Assembly: GCA_051652765.1 (NCBI GenBank)
Contig: JBOFUV010000026.1
Span: forward strand, 1-42,555
Direction of reading: 5' to 3'
Origin: Microcoleaceae cyanobacterium
GTDB taxonomy: Bacteria > Cyanobacteriota > Cyanobacteriia > Cyanobacteriales > Microcoleaceae
Length of the DNA stretch: 42,555 bases
The translations under genes and the position numbers were made by a program. Under the pieces are notes generated by a model. It was not told where the DNA came from. It was given only the letters and a program-made list of their open reading frames with translations, and did no database searches. Each line of letters begins with the position of its first letter. Position 1 is the first letter of the stretch. This document shows, one piece after another, positions 1-10,040 of this stretch.

Positions 1-576
1 CAGAAACAAAATGTGTTTGATGATTTTATCGCAGCCGCAGAATGGTTAATTGAGCAGCGCTACACATCCCCTCAGAAATTGGCAATTTCAGGGGGAAGTA
101 ATGGCGGATTGCTGGTTGGAGCTTGTATGACTCAACGGCCTGATTTATTCGGAGCAGCCCTTCCGGCAGTTGGAGTCCTGGACATGTTGCGGTTCCACAA
201 ATTCACCATCGGCTGGGCTTGGTGTTCTGAGTATGGTTCACCTGAAAACCCGGAGGAATTTCAGGCCCTTTATGCCTATTCTCCATTGCACAACTTGAAA
301 CCGGGCACTACCTACCCAGCAACATTAATCACTACGGCGGATCATGATGACCGAGTTGTTCCAGCCCATAGTTTTAAATTTATTGCTGCCCTGCAAGCAG
401 TTCATCGGGGAGATAATCCTGTCCTCATTCGGATTGAGACAAAAGCAGGACATGGTGCCGGAAAGCCAACAGCAAAAATCATCGAAGAACTGGCTGATGA
501 ATTTGCGTTTCTTGCCAGGGTTTTTGAGATGCATCCCAACTTTAGTTCTGAGTTAAGAGTGATCAACAATCTTTAA
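1..576 (+). CDS. Prolyl oligopeptidase (S9A), C-terminal catalytic part; runs off the window start
   Basis: GGSNGG nucleophile motif, DHDDRV Asp and AGHGAGKP His; frame +1 is open from base 1. Confidence 0.95.
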   Translation, partial: QKQNVFDDFIAAAEWLIEQRYTSPQKLAISGGSNGGLLVGACMTQRPDLFGAALPAVGVLDMLRFHKFTIGWAWCSEYGSPENPEEFQALYAYSPLHNLKPGTTYPATLITTADHDDRVVPAHSFKFIAALQAVHRGDNPVLIRIETKAGHGAGKPTAKIIEELADEFAFLARVFEMHPNFSSELRVINNL

Positions 577-801
577 ACTAACCCTTGTAATAACGTTTGA
601 ACAGATGTTTAATTGAACTGGATATCATCCAGGGCTGTCTTTACTGAAAATTTACAAACGCCTCACCAAGCTTTACACAGCCTCCTTGTTTTCCTTCTAT
701 AACCCCTCGTATCATGGGAGTAAATGAAGAAGATTAAACGACTAGTTTAAGCTCTCGGTTGCATCGTTTGTTCGAGTAAGCTTTTCCCATCATTCAAATC
801 T

Positions 802-1434
802 ATGCACTATAACTTATCTAGCAAGCTAGTATATGCAGCTTTCGGCGCGACTGTTGGTTTGTTTTCAGTAGGAGTAGGTTCAGCGCAAGCAGCATCTTTT
901 ACCTATGATCTCACAGGCTCTCAACAAACCCTGGATTCCTTGAGCTTGACCCAAGACGGGATTGCTGTGGATATTTCTGGCAGCGGTCGCATCAGGCAGC
1001 ATGGTAACGGTTTGGGTATCATTGGTGGTAATTTTGGCCAGATTGATGGCAGTGAGGTTCTAACCTTTGACTTCGGCAGTCAAGCTTTCCAAATCCTAGG
1101 GGCAGTTTTCAGTCGAGTCAATGCAGACGACAGCTTCAGCTTGGCGGCTAATGGTGGGGCTTCATTGGTTGATGAGATTCCCTTTAGTGGCGGTACTAAG
1201 GATCAAAATAACGTGGTAGTCGATTTTGGTGAATCTCTGACGGGCTCAGTCTTTGCTTTCTCTGTTCCTGAAAATGGCGGAAGTTATGCGTTGACAAGCC
1301 TGACCTTTGCAGATGTTCCTGAGCCTCCAGTTGTGGATATTCCCGAACCTTCACTAACACTAGGCATTGCGACTGTTTTAGGTCTTGGAGTTATGTCTAG
1401 ACGGAATCAGGGGAAGAAAGGAACTAACGCCTAA
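802..1434 (+). CDS. PEP-CTERM sorting-domain surface protein
   Basis: Signal peptide ending AQAAS; C-terminal VPEP..IPEPS, hydrophobic helix and basic tail RRNQGKK. Confidence 0.9.
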   Translation: MHYNLSSKLVYAAFGATVGLFSVGVGSAQAASFTYDLTGSQQTLDSLSLTQDGIAVDISGSGRIRQHGNGLGIIGGNFGQIDGSEVLTFDFGSQAFQILGAVFSRVNADDSFSLAANGGASLVDEIPFSGGTKDQNNVVVDFGESLTGSVFAFSVPENGGSYALTSLTFADVPEPPVVDIPEPSLTLGIATVLGLGVMSRRNQGKKGTNA

Positions 1435-1469
1435 TTCTGTTCTGATTGTCAGAGATCTATCTATTCATC

Positions 1470-1510
1470 CAGTTTCTCCAAAACATAAAACATTTGGAGA
1501 AACTGTTTTT
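1470..1510 (+). terminator. Rho-independent terminator after the PEP-CTERM gene
   Basis: 13-bp stem CAGTTTCTCCAAA / TTTGGAGAAACTG followed by TTTTT. Confidence 0.75.
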
Positions 1511-1516
1511 CCATCC

Positions 1517-1622
1517 TAGAGAGTGTTTGAAAAGGGTGTCGAGCGAATTTAAGCTTCGCCTTTCAGCCTGCCGGATTACAAATCCAACATTTCAAGCACC
1601 TTTTTTTCAAACATCTTTTTTA
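1517..1622. mobile_element. MITE-like element with terminal inverted repeats
   Basis: Left end TA-GAGAGTGTTTGAAAAG, right end TTTTCAAACATCT..TA; about 100 bp with no credible ORF; a related left end occurs at 7176. Confidence 0.6.
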
Positions 1623-1633
1623 GACTTTGGTTT

Positions 1634-2428
1634 TTAGGCTTTGGTGCAGAAATAGATATCGTGATCTGTCCGTAATCCATACTTCTGAATGGTTTCAGCA
1701 TCCAGAGTTTTAACATAATCATCAACTTTGACAATGAACCCGGCTGCTGTCAACTTATCTTGATAATCTTGCCCGTACCAACGCAAATGATCTTTTTGAC
1801 CAAAGAGGCGCTCCCGTTCTTCCGGAGAAGTCACTGTCGGATCTTCAAAGGTTGTTGTCCGGTTGAGGTCAATGGGAACTTGTAAAATCGCCCATCCCCT
1901 GGGTTTAAGGACTCGATGAAGCTCTTGCATGGCCTTGTGATCATCGGGAATATGCTCTAACACATGGTTACAGAGGATGACATCAAACGTGTTGTCCCCA
2001 TCAGGAATCTGGGTAATATCCATCTTTACCATGGCCAAGGGAGACTCCAAATCCGCACTAACATAGTCTAGATTTGACATCTGGGAGAATTTTTTCTGGA
2101 ACAGCAGTTCCGGGGCAATGTGAAGTACCTTCAGGCGATCGCGAAAAAAATTAGTTCGATTTTGCAAGTAGAGCCAGATCAAGCGATGTCTTTCTCGAGA
2201 GACGCATCGAGGACATTCAGAGTTGATCCTACCATCTACCCCAGCAGGGAGAAACTGGTTGAACTGACCTTCACAGCAAGGACAAATCACAGAGTTGCCC
2301 GTATGTTGCAATCCTCGAATAACATATTTCAAGTCTTTATAATAAGCAATTGATTGATTCCGAAGCTCCCATAAAGAAGAACGCAGCGGTTGAGGAACAA
2401 CGGCTTTAACAATGGATTTCATCATCAT
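1634..2428 (-). CDS. Class I SAM-dependent methyltransferase-like protein with N-terminal Cys motifs
   Basis: FDVILCNHVLEHIPDD and LHRVLKPRGWAIL motifs; CPCC...CPRC. Confidence 0.85.
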   Translation of the reverse strand: MMMKSIVKAVVPQPLRSSLWELRNQSIAYYKDLKYVIRGLQHTGNSVICPCCEGQFNQFLPAGVDGRINSECPRCVSRERHRLIWLYLQNRTNFFRDRLKVLHIAPELLFQKKFSQMSNLDYVSADLESPLAMVKMDITQIPDGDNTFDVILCNHVLEHIPDDHKAMQELHRVLKPRGWAILQVPIDLNRTTTFEDPTVTSPEERERLFGQKDHLRWYGQDYQDKLTAAGFIVKVDDYVKTLDAETIQKYGLRTDHDIYFCTKA

Positions 2429-2912
2429 AGTGTTATATCCATCAGTTTTATACTTATAATTTCATACTCACAAAAATTGCTTCGAGAGCCTTTTCAACTG
2501 TCTAATACTGATTAATGCTGACCCTATCAAGCCCAGAACTGCCGAGCAAAATATTTCTAGTTGCTATTCCTTAAGCTGAGGGAATATAGCTCGATTATAG
2601 ATAATATATAAAGTCTATACATCGGTAGATCCACGTAAAATTCAGACTTGAAGCTGATGCAGTCAGATCTTAAGAATAGAGCTACTTCCAGAACCGGATT
2701 TAGGATGACCCGACACATTGCACTTCGAATCATTTCCTTAAACTTTTAGCCTGAATCACCGAGTGAACCTTGAATAATGAATTATAAATAGAAAATTAGT
2801 TTACCCTTCTTCATTTAGAGAACGTCAGTAAGACCCTCAATACTCTCTTGGAACCTGAACGATTGGATCATCCCTTAAACTTGTGTGATTTCTGATTCTA
2901 AAGGCTATTACT

Positions 2913-4340
2913 ATGCTTCAGATTATGGTTAGGATATGGGGACAATTTGTTCAACTCCTTTACCGTCAAACAGTGTTTGTCCTGACAATCCTGTTCTGCA
3001 TTGGGATCGGCATTGCAATGTCGAATATGCAACATCTTGCCTCCGAGTTAATTAAATCTCAAGCCCTGAAAAATGCAGCTCAGTATGCTCAGGCATTGAG
3101 AGAGGCCCGAACTCTCTACAGTGCAGATGCAGTGAGCCCAGCAACATCAACAGGAGCAGTGGTTGCTACCCACGACTATGCCATGGCCCCTGGAACGATC
3201 CCTCTCCCAGCAACGTTCTTGATTGAATTGGGCGAACGGATTAGAACCATGCAATCCGGTGTTTCTGTCCGGCTCTACAGTGATTATCCGTTTCCCTGGC
3301 GCAAAGAAACAGGAGGCCCAAAGGACAAATTTGAACAAGCGGCCCTCAAGGCTCTGCGACAAAGCCCAGATTGGCCTTACTATCAACAAGAGATGATTGG
3401 TGATCGTCCAGTTTTTCGATATGCAGAGGCCGATATCTTACGGCCTAGTTGCGTAGAGTGCCACAATAGCTATCCCGGCACTCCAAAAACAGACTGGAAG
3501 CTTGGCGATGTCCGAGGAGTCTTAGAAATTATTCAGCCCTTGGATGCAATTACTCAGCAAGTCGAATCTGGGCTGAGAGACACCAGCATTATGTTAACTG
3601 GATTATCTGTGCTGGGAATTTCAGGATTAACCCTAGTCATGGGTCGCCTTCGTCAAACCTCGAAAGAACTCGAACGGCGAGTGATTGAACGAACCGCAGA
3701 ACTGCAAGAAGAACAGGAAAAATCAGAGCAGTTGCTGTTATCAATTTTGCCAAAGTTAATTGCAGAACGATTGAAATCAGGAGAGAACCCGATCGCGAAT
3801 GATTTCCCTGAAGCCAGTATTTTATTTGCCGATCTTGTGGGATTTACAATTCTCTCTCAACAAATGGCTCCAGAGGATTTAGTACAACTGTTGAGTGTTG
3901 TTTTCTCGGTGTTTGATGGCTTGTGCGATCGCCACCAACTCGAAAAAATTAAAACCATTGGGGACGCTTACATGGTGGTAGGGGGTTTACCTAGTTTTCG
4001 CCATGATCATACTGAATCTGTGGCAGCAATGGCCTTGGATATGCAGCACGAAATCGCCCAGTTAAATATTGATTATCAGATCAATCTAAGTTTAAGAATC
4101 GGGATTAATGTAGGCCCAGTCGTGGCTGGGGTGATTGGTCAGAAAAAATTTATCTACGACTTATGGGGAGACGCAGTCAATGTCGCCAGTCGGATGGAAT
4201 CTCACAGTCTCCCTGGCAAAATTCACGTGACAGAAAAGGTGTATCACTGCTTAAAAGGTCAATTCCAGTTTGAGGCAAGAGGTATTATTCCAATCAAGGG
4301 CAAAGGAGAAATGAGAACCTACTTTCTGACCGGAAGATAG
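2913..4340 (+). CDS. Membrane adenylate cyclase with an extracytoplasmic DUF3365/Tll0287-like c-heme domain
   Basis: TM helix, sensor with CVECH, TM helix, coiled coil, then class III cyclase (ILFADLVGFT, KIKTIGDAYM, YDLWGDAVNVASRMES). Confidence 0.9.
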   Translation: MLQIMVRIWGQFVQLLYRQTVFVLTILFCIGIGIAMSNMQHLASELIKSQALKNAAQYAQALREARTLYSADAVSPATSTGAVVATHDYAMAPGTIPLPATFLIELGERIRTMQSGVSVRLYSDYPFPWRKETGGPKDKFEQAALKALRQSPDWPYYQQEMIGDRPVFRYAEADILRPSCVECHNSYPGTPKTDWKLGDVRGVLEIIQPLDAITQQVESGLRDTSIMLTGLSVLGISGLTLVMGRLRQTSKELERRVIERTAELQEEQEKSEQLLLSILPKLIAERLKSGENPIANDFPEASILFADLVGFTILSQQMAPEDLVQLLSVVFSVFDGLCDRHQLEKIKTIGDAYMVVGGLPSFRHDHTESVAAMALDMQHEIAQLNIDYQINLSLRIGINVGPVVAGVIGQKKFIYDLWGDAVNVASRMESHSLPGKIHVTEKVYHCLKGQFQFEARGIIPIKGKGEMRTYFLTGR

Positions 4341-4359
4341 TTGACTATCTTGAAATCAA

Positions 4360-5670
4360 CTACTTTGAAATAAAGTGTACCCAGAACTTACCATCTGGAA
4401 TACAAACTCGCTTAATTAATGAGTAGGAATAATGCAAATATGCCCCACTGAGATCTGTCCGATACCCACTTGGAAACCATTCTCCATAGGGATCATGGAC
4501 AATAAATCCCTGTTCATCATAGCCAACCACCACAATAATATGACCGAATGACGTAAAATACCCATGAATTACCGCTGGATTATTTGCCGCCACCCAGTCT
4601 TGAATATCCTCAATCATCGTATTTTCAGTGAAAAAATCCTGCATTCCGTAGTCTTTAACCACCCGTGCAAGATCATAGGGATTGTGGCGGCTATATCCCT
4701 GACTGAGGGCATATTCGTACAATTCATCTTCAAACTGGGTATACCCTGTGCGACGAGATGCCCCCAAATACTCCAAACACATGGCTAGGGAGGTGACATT
4801 ACAGGCTCCTGTTGGATTGTACCAGTTGTCGATTTGGGATTTGTAGGAAATTCCACTAATGCGATGACTTTTGGGTAGAGGCTTGGGATAAACCACCTGA
4901 TCTCTAAAGCGGACTTCTGCATGTTCACTCCAGACATAAACCATGGAGCGTCCACCAAAAGTATCCTTCCGAAAAGCAACTCTCAAATGTCCCCGAATCG
5001 GATCATAGGTCAAAATCTCAAAGGTCTTGCCCCCTTCAATGGAAAACTTTTCCCAATCCTGGAGTTGGGAAGACGCAAGGGGAGTAAATTTAAAGATTGT
5101 ACTTTTAGTGGCTTTCAGAATCAATGAAGGCTTGGGAATATCTTCAGGTTTAGTTTCAATCAGTTTTCTTGCGGTTTCTGTCCCTAAATATCCTGGCTCT
5201 TCGCATTTCATATACTTTTGAAACTGATGCAACGCCGCCGTTGATTTTTGGCCAAAAATCCCATCCGCAGGAGGATCAAGTAACCCCAAAGCAATCAGAC
5301 GAGTCTGAATCTGGCGACTGAGTTCAATATCATTACTGATTTGGTCAACGTCATATTTAGTCTCAGTTCCAATAAAGTCTGCCAGCTTCATGCTTTTCTG
5401 TGAAGCCGCCGGGAATAAGTCTGCGCGTTTTAATTCAAGCAGTTTTTTCGCAGTTTCCCCATCTAAAGACCCAATTTGAACGGTATTGGCCATCTCTTGA
5501 AATTTTTGCAATGCTGCCGTTGACTTAGGGCCAAAGATGCCATCAGCAGGCGGAGCTAATAATCCCAAATCGACCAATCGGGACTGAATCTGGCGGCTCA
5601 GTTCTGCGTCACGACTAATTTGCTGGATATCGTACTTGAGGGTTTTCCCTAGAAAGTCTTGTAATCTCAT
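4360..5670 (-). CDS. Two peptidoglycan-binding domains plus a C39-like cysteine peptidase
   Basis: Two IQxRLxxLGLL..PADGIFG.KSTAAL repeats; catalytic-type GACNVTSLAM, GHIIV and HDPYG motifs. Confidence 0.85.
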   Translation of the reverse strand: MRLQDFLGKTLKYDIQQISRDAELSRQIQSRLVDLGLLAPPADGIFGPKSTAALQKFQEMANTVQIGSLDGETAKKLLELKRADLFPAASQKSMKLADFIGTETKYDVDQISNDIELSRQIQTRLIALGLLDPPADGIFGQKSTAALHQFQKYMKCEEPGYLGTETARKLIETKPEDIPKPSLILKATKSTIFKFTPLASSQLQDWEKFSIEGGKTFEILTYDPIRGHLRVAFRKDTFGGRSMVYVWSEHAEVRFRDQVVYPKPLPKSHRISGISYKSQIDNWYNPTGACNVTSLAMCLEYLGASRRTGYTQFEDELYEYALSQGYSRHNPYDLARVVKDYGMQDFFTENTMIEDIQDWVAANNPAVIHGYFTSFGHIIVVVGYDEQGFIVHDPYGEWFPSGYRTDLSGAYLHYSYSLIKRVCIPDGKFWVHFISK

Positions 5671-5834
5671 GCTCAGGTGCTCAGGATTAGGGATTGTTCC
5701 GAATTGTTCCGATCCACGAGGGATTTCATCGGGATTTTACCGATATTATCCCTCTACAAGGTTCACCATTCAAGCATTCAACCATAAATCAAGGGATTGC
5801 AACCAATGGCAACCTAATTTAGATAAGACCTAGT

Positions 5835-7139
5835 TCATGCTGGGGGTTTGAGAATAGCAACGCCGTAGGCTTCTGGAGAAAGATACTGTTGGGCAGCCTG
5901 TTGCAGTTCTTCTGGAGTAATCGATTGAATCCGAGCCGGATAGTCCAAGGCTGCGGCAAGGCTACCGACTAACATTTGATAGTAACCGTAGAGGCTCGCG
6001 CGATCGCTCGGCGTTTCGTTGCCAAAAACAAACCGATTCGCGACTTGAGTTTGAATTTTGACCGCTTCAGCTTCAGTAATCCACTCGTGATGCAACGTCC
6101 GAATATGTTGGATGATTCTTGCTTCTACCTCAGCCAGGTTTTCAACTGACAGTCGCACTGAAATGTAGAACACCCCTTGTAACTGTTGAGTCATGTGGCT
6201 GACCGAGATCGAAGACACTAAGCCCCGTTGTTCACGCAAATCCTGAACGAGTCGAGCCGTTCTGCCTTGACCCAGAATACAGGCCAGAATATCCAGGGCA
6301 TAGGTCTGCAACAACTGATCTAAACCGGGAGTCCGCCAAGTCAGCACCAATCGAGCCTGTTGTAAGCTTTCATCCACCAGTTCTCGTCGCACAACCTCGG
6401 TGAAACTGGGTTCAGGCAAGAGATCCCAGGGAGACAACGTTTGCTCCGGAATCTGTTGCCAAGCTTGGGGCTGAGTCATTTCGACCGCATGGGTGACCGT
6501 CTCAATCAGTTGCTCAACCGGCAAGTTCCCAACGACTGCAACGGTGGTGGACTCAGGTTGATAGTGCTGAGCATGGAAGGCCCGCATCTGTTGCGCGGTA
6601 ACCTGTTCAATCACAGACGTTGGCCCCAATACAGGCCGTCGATAGGGCAAACGCTCAAATACAGTTTCCATCGCCTGTCGGAAGGATCTTCGCCCTGGGT
6701 TATCTTCAGAACGCCGAATTTCTTCTAAAACGACCAGCCGCTCTCGTTCAAAGGCATCGTTAGGAATGCTGGGATTGAAGACAACATCAAATTGCAGAGG
6801 AGCTAAATAGGCAAAATCCTGGGGAGCTGTTGTAATGTAATACTGGGTGTAGTCTTGGCTGGTTGCGGCGTTGGTCACAGCACCCCGCTCCTCAATTCGT
6901 TGCTCAAACTCCCCACTTCCTAGCCGAGGAGTACCCTTGAAAACCATATGTTCAAGAAAATGAGCCATGCCATTAATCTCATCGGATTCAACTGCAGAAC
7001 CCGTTTTAATCCAGATATTCAAATTGACAGCCTCTACAGGCAACTGTTCCGCCACAATCGTTAGACCGTTGGGAAGTTGATGAAGCGTCGGGAAATTAAC
7101 GGGAGGAACTGAAGCGAGTTTGAGTAACGTTGAAGTCAT
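5835..7139 (-). CDS. M16 (pitrilysin/insulinase) family zinc peptidase
   Basis: AHFLEHMVFKGT (HxxEH), NAATSQDYT, ERLVVLEEI. Confidence 0.93.
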   Translation of the reverse strand: MTSTLLKLASVPPVNFPTLHQLPNGLTIVAEQLPVEAVNLNIWIKTGSAVESDEINGMAHFLEHMVFKGTPRLGSGEFEQRIEERGAVTNAATSQDYTQYYITTAPQDFAYLAPLQFDVVFNPSIPNDAFERERLVVLEEIRRSEDNPGRRSFRQAMETVFERLPYRRPVLGPTSVIEQVTAQQMRAFHAQHYQPESTTVAVVGNLPVEQLIETVTHAVEMTQPQAWQQIPEQTLSPWDLLPEPSFTEVVRRELVDESLQQARLVLTWRTPGLDQLLQTYALDILACILGQGRTARLVQDLREQRGLVSSISVSHMTQQLQGVFYISVRLSVENLAEVEARIIQHIRTLHHEWITEAEAVKIQTQVANRFVFGNETPSDRASLYGYYQMLVGSLAAALDYPARIQSITPEELQQAAQQYLSPEAYGVAILKPPA

Positions 7140-7175
7140 GCCTGGCTATCTGGGGTAACTTTCCTCTATCTATCT

Positions 7176-7194
7176 TAGAGGGTGTTTGAAAAGT
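7176..7194. mobile_element. Solo terminal repeat of the MITE family at 1517
   Basis: TA-GAGGGTGTTTGAAAAGT, near-identical to 1517-1534; no intact right end seen. Confidence 0.5.
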
Positions 7195-7303
7195 TGGTTG
7201 CTACCCAACAGATTGAACGACACAGTGCCCGTTTTTACCCGCTTTAGACCCTTCTCCAAAAGTATCATTAACTGCAAAGTTCAAGGGAAGTCGGAATCAT
7301 AAC

Positions 7304-7843
7304 TTATTGTTTGACTTTTAGAATCTGTTCGTCGCATTCCAGAATAGTTAGTGTGTACGATGAGATCGATGGATTTGAGAACTGAATTTTTACGGTGTTC
7401 GCTGCCTGAAGGCTCCATCGCCCAGGAACAGCCAAACTCCCATCTGTGGGAGCAATCTGATAGTAAATCAACTCTCCGTTTTGGCGGAACTCCAGCCCTT
7501 CTCGACCCCGTGCCAGAGGAAATGGATAATCAATCGGTCGATAAACCATCACACCTCCCCGATCTTCTTCCTGGGAATGAATCCATCGTCTGAAAATTGA
7601 GTTGGGTAAAGTCATAGGATCTCCCTGAACCATCAGGATCGGAGTAACATTAGTGCGATGTCCAATCTGTGAAGAAGCAGACATCGGATGGGGGAATGGG
7701 AGCATCATACTTAACAAGCACAAGCCAAACAAACACAAGCCAAACAAACAGGACAGCGATCGCACCAGTCGCGTGCCGATCCAACGACTCAGTCCTGCTT
7801 TAAATCTTCGGATGTCCGTTGCCCTGAGAAACATAGCACTCAT
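7304..7843 (-). CDS. Hypothetical protein downstream of the M43 protease; alternative start at 7615
   Basis: Core WIHSQEED..VYRP..YPFPLARGREGLEF looks like a compact beta domain; GGGAG precedes the ATG at 7615; the N-terminal extension contains an in-frame 15-bp repeat (CLFGL x2). Confidence 0.75.
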   Translation of the reverse strand: MSAMFLRATDIRRFKAGLSRWIGTRLVRSLSCLFGLCLFGLCLLSMMLPFPHPMSASSQIGHRTNVTPILMVQGDPMTLPNSIFRRWIHSQEEDRGGVMVYRPIDYPFPLARGREGLEFRQNGELIYYQIAPTDGSLAVPGRWSLQAANTVKIQFSNPSISSYTLTILECDEQILKVKQ

Positions 7844-7861
7844 CCTCAGTTAGTTTTGAAC

Positions 7862-7913
7862 ATACACCTAAGAAATACACCTGGGAAATACACCTAAGAA
7901 ATATACCTGGGAA
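7862..7913. repeat. 13-bp tandem repeat, 4 copies in A-B-A-B order
   Basis: ATACACCTAAGAA ATACACCTGGGAA ATACACCTAAGAA ATATACCTGGGAA. Confidence 0.9.
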
Positions 7914-7958
7914 AATGCTGTGAGTGCATTTTTCACGCAATTTGAGGTATTATCCAAT

Positions 7959-7986
7959 GGGCTTGGGGGCGAAGCCCCCAAATCCC
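7959..7986. repeat. GC-rich palindrome (REP-like element or terminator) after the M43 protease
   Basis: TTGGGGGC-GAA-GCCCCCAA perfect hairpin. Confidence 0.65.
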
Positions 7987-8018
7987 CTGTACCCAACTAG
8001 AATTGAAATTGCTATAGA

Positions 8019-10028
8019 CTATTCTCCGATGGGCCACCAGCCATGCCACCAATCTGTAAAGCTAGGTTCCCAGGCTGCAGTATACACCCGCCCATCCAAG
8101 CCCACAACAAATGCATCCAGTTTATCAGCACTACGGGAAACAGCCGTAACAGGTGCACCAGGGGCAGCACGACCGCCATTGAGTTCCCACCAGCCATGCC
8201 ATCCATCAGTGAAGCTAGGTTCCCAAGCAGCCGTTTGAACCACGCCATTCACATCGGTGGCAAAGATGTCGAGTTTATCTTGACTGCGGGACACCGCATA
8301 AATCGCTGATCCAGAAGGAACTTGGATAGTTCCGATGGGCCACCAGCCATGCCACCAGTCGGTAAAGTCTGGTTGCCAAGCCGCCGTCCAAACCCGCCCA
8401 TCTACACCAACCACAAAAACATCAAGCTTATCTTGACCGCGAGACACGGCTGTAACAGGTGCACCAGGGGCGGCCCGACCCCCCTTAAGTTCCCACCAGC
8501 CATGCCATCCATCGGTGAAGCTAGGTTCCCAAGCAGCCGTTTGAACCACGCCATTCACATCAGTCGCAAAGATGTCGAGTTTGTCTTGACTGCGAGACAC
8601 CGCGTGAACCGCCGAACCGAGGGGAACGCGAAGATCTCCAATGGGTGACCAGCCATGCCACCAGTCGGTAAAGTCCGGTTGCCAAGCCGCTGTCCAAACC
8701 CGCCCATCTACGCCAACCACAAAAACATCAAGCTTGTCTTGACTGCGAGACACAGCAGTGACGGGAGATCCTGGAGCCGCCATGCCCTGGTTCAGGTTCC
8801 ACCAACCATGCCACCAGTCCGTGAAAGCAGGTTCCCACGCCGCAGTGTAGGTCTGGTTGTCCGTTCCCACAACAAACGCATCCAGTTTATCTTGGCTACG
8901 GGACACACCATGAACGGCTGAACCAGGAGTCGCACGACCCCCATTTAACTCCCACCAACCGTGCCACCAGTCGGTAAAAGTAGGTTCCCAGGCCGCAGTA
9001 TAGATTACACCATTCACATCAGTCACAAAGATATCGAGTTTATCTTGACTGCGGGAGATGGGGGTAATCTGGGCGTTTGCAGGCAAGCGGGGACTGGTTA
9101 GAACAGGGCGAGTAGTACCCAGGCTAGACCGCTCATTGTCAAGGGTGGCGTGCATTCGCACAACTTGATCGACTGTAAACATGAACATGCTGTCGTCGTC
9201 AGTGTAGTCCATGTAGTTCATGAACATATCCCCGTTGGGCGTGTTATCGCAGGTGACGCGGGGAAAGCTAGGCTTACCCATATTTGGGCCTGCTTGATTG
9301 GGGGTATCGCCGACGAAGTCACTGCCACTACAGCCATTGCCATCATCTCCCCAAATGTGGCGCAAATTCAGCCAGTGGCCAATTTCGTGGGTCGCCGTTC
9401 GGCCTAGGTTGAAGGGGGCAACTGCTGTACCCATGGTTCCAAAACCCGTATGGGTTACTACAACACCATCCGTGGCCGCAGAACCACCGGGAAATTGAGC
9501 ATAACCCAGCAAACCTCCACTTAACTGACAGACCCAAAGATTCAAGTAGCGATCGCTCGACCAGGGATCAATCCCGCCTGCGGCTGAGGATTTAACCCTA
9601 TCATCATCTGAAAACTCTGTTGCAGTTGTGGCTGTGCGGGTAATGCCATTAGTAGGGTTGCCACTAGGATCAGTTGTTGCCAGTACAAACTCAATTCGAG
9701 CATCCGCTGCCAAAGCTTGAAATACAGATGGAATGGAGGCAATATCGGGATTTTGCTTACGAAAGTCCCGATTTAGAACATCAATCTGACTGCGAATTTG
9801 GGCTTCTGAAATATTTTGTTCTGGAGTGCTAGAGTTATAAACAACGTGCACAACTACAGGAATGACTGTGATGCCGCTTCTGATTGCCTCAATGCCATGA
9901 CTTGCATAGGCTAATGTGCGATTCTCAATTTCTCGTCGATGTCTAGCGTAGGCTAGATCGGTTGTCAACAGTCGATAGTGAACGCCCATCGTACTACAGG
10001 TGCGATGTTGGGGTAAGCCGACAGTCAT
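8019..10028 (-). CDS. Pappalysin/ulilysin-type (M43) zinc metalloprotease with a C-terminal 7-repeat Trp-rich beta-propeller
   Basis: RBS AAGGAG before the ATG at 10028; prodomain Cys (RTCST), [20 protein letters not shown], Met-turn NYMDY; seven ~50-aa [17 protein letters not shown] repeats. Confidence 0.9.
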   Translation of the reverse strand: MTVGLPQHRTCSTMGVHYRLLTTDLAYARHRREIENRTLAYASHGIEAIRSGITVIPVVVHVVYNSSTPEQNISEAQIRSQIDVLNRDFRKQNPDIASIPSVFQALAADARIEFVLATTDPSGNPTNGITRTATTATEFSDDDRVKSSAAGGIDPWSSDRYLNLWVCQLSGGLLGYAQFPGGSAATDGVVVTHTGFGTMGTAVAPFNLGRTATHEIGHWLNLRHIWGDDGNGCSGSDFVGDTPNQAGPNMGKPSFPRVTCDNTPNGDMFMNYMDYTDDDSMFMFTVDQVVRMHATLDNERSSLGTTRPVLTSPRLPANAQITPISRSQDKLDIFVTDVNGVIYTAAWEPTFTDWWHGWWELNGGRATPGSAVHGVSRSQDKLDAFVVGTDNQTYTAAWEPAFTDWWHGWWNLNQGMAAPGSPVTAVSRSQDKLDVFVVGVDGRVWTAAWQPDFTDWWHGWSPIGDLRVPLGSAVHAVSRSQDKLDIFATDVNGVVQTAAWEPSFTDGWHGWWELKGGRAAPGAPVTAVSRGQDKLDVFVVGVDGRVWTAAWQPDFTDWWHGWWPIGTIQVPSGSAIYAVSRSQDKLDIFATDVNGVVQTAAWEPSFTDGWHGWWELNGGRAAPGAPVTAVSRSADKLDAFVVGLDGRVYTAAWEPSFTDWWHGWWPIGE

Positions 10029-10040
10029 ACACAACTCCTT

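Noticed and set aside
1446..1637. 63-aa ORF after the PEP-CTERM gene
   Set aside because: It runs through a terminator hairpin and a MITE-like element.
8019..9070. Long DNA repeats as a possible DGR template/variable repeat pair or CRISPR
   Set aside because: All copies are in-frame propeller blades of one ORF; differences are not adenine-specific and no reverse transcriptase is present.
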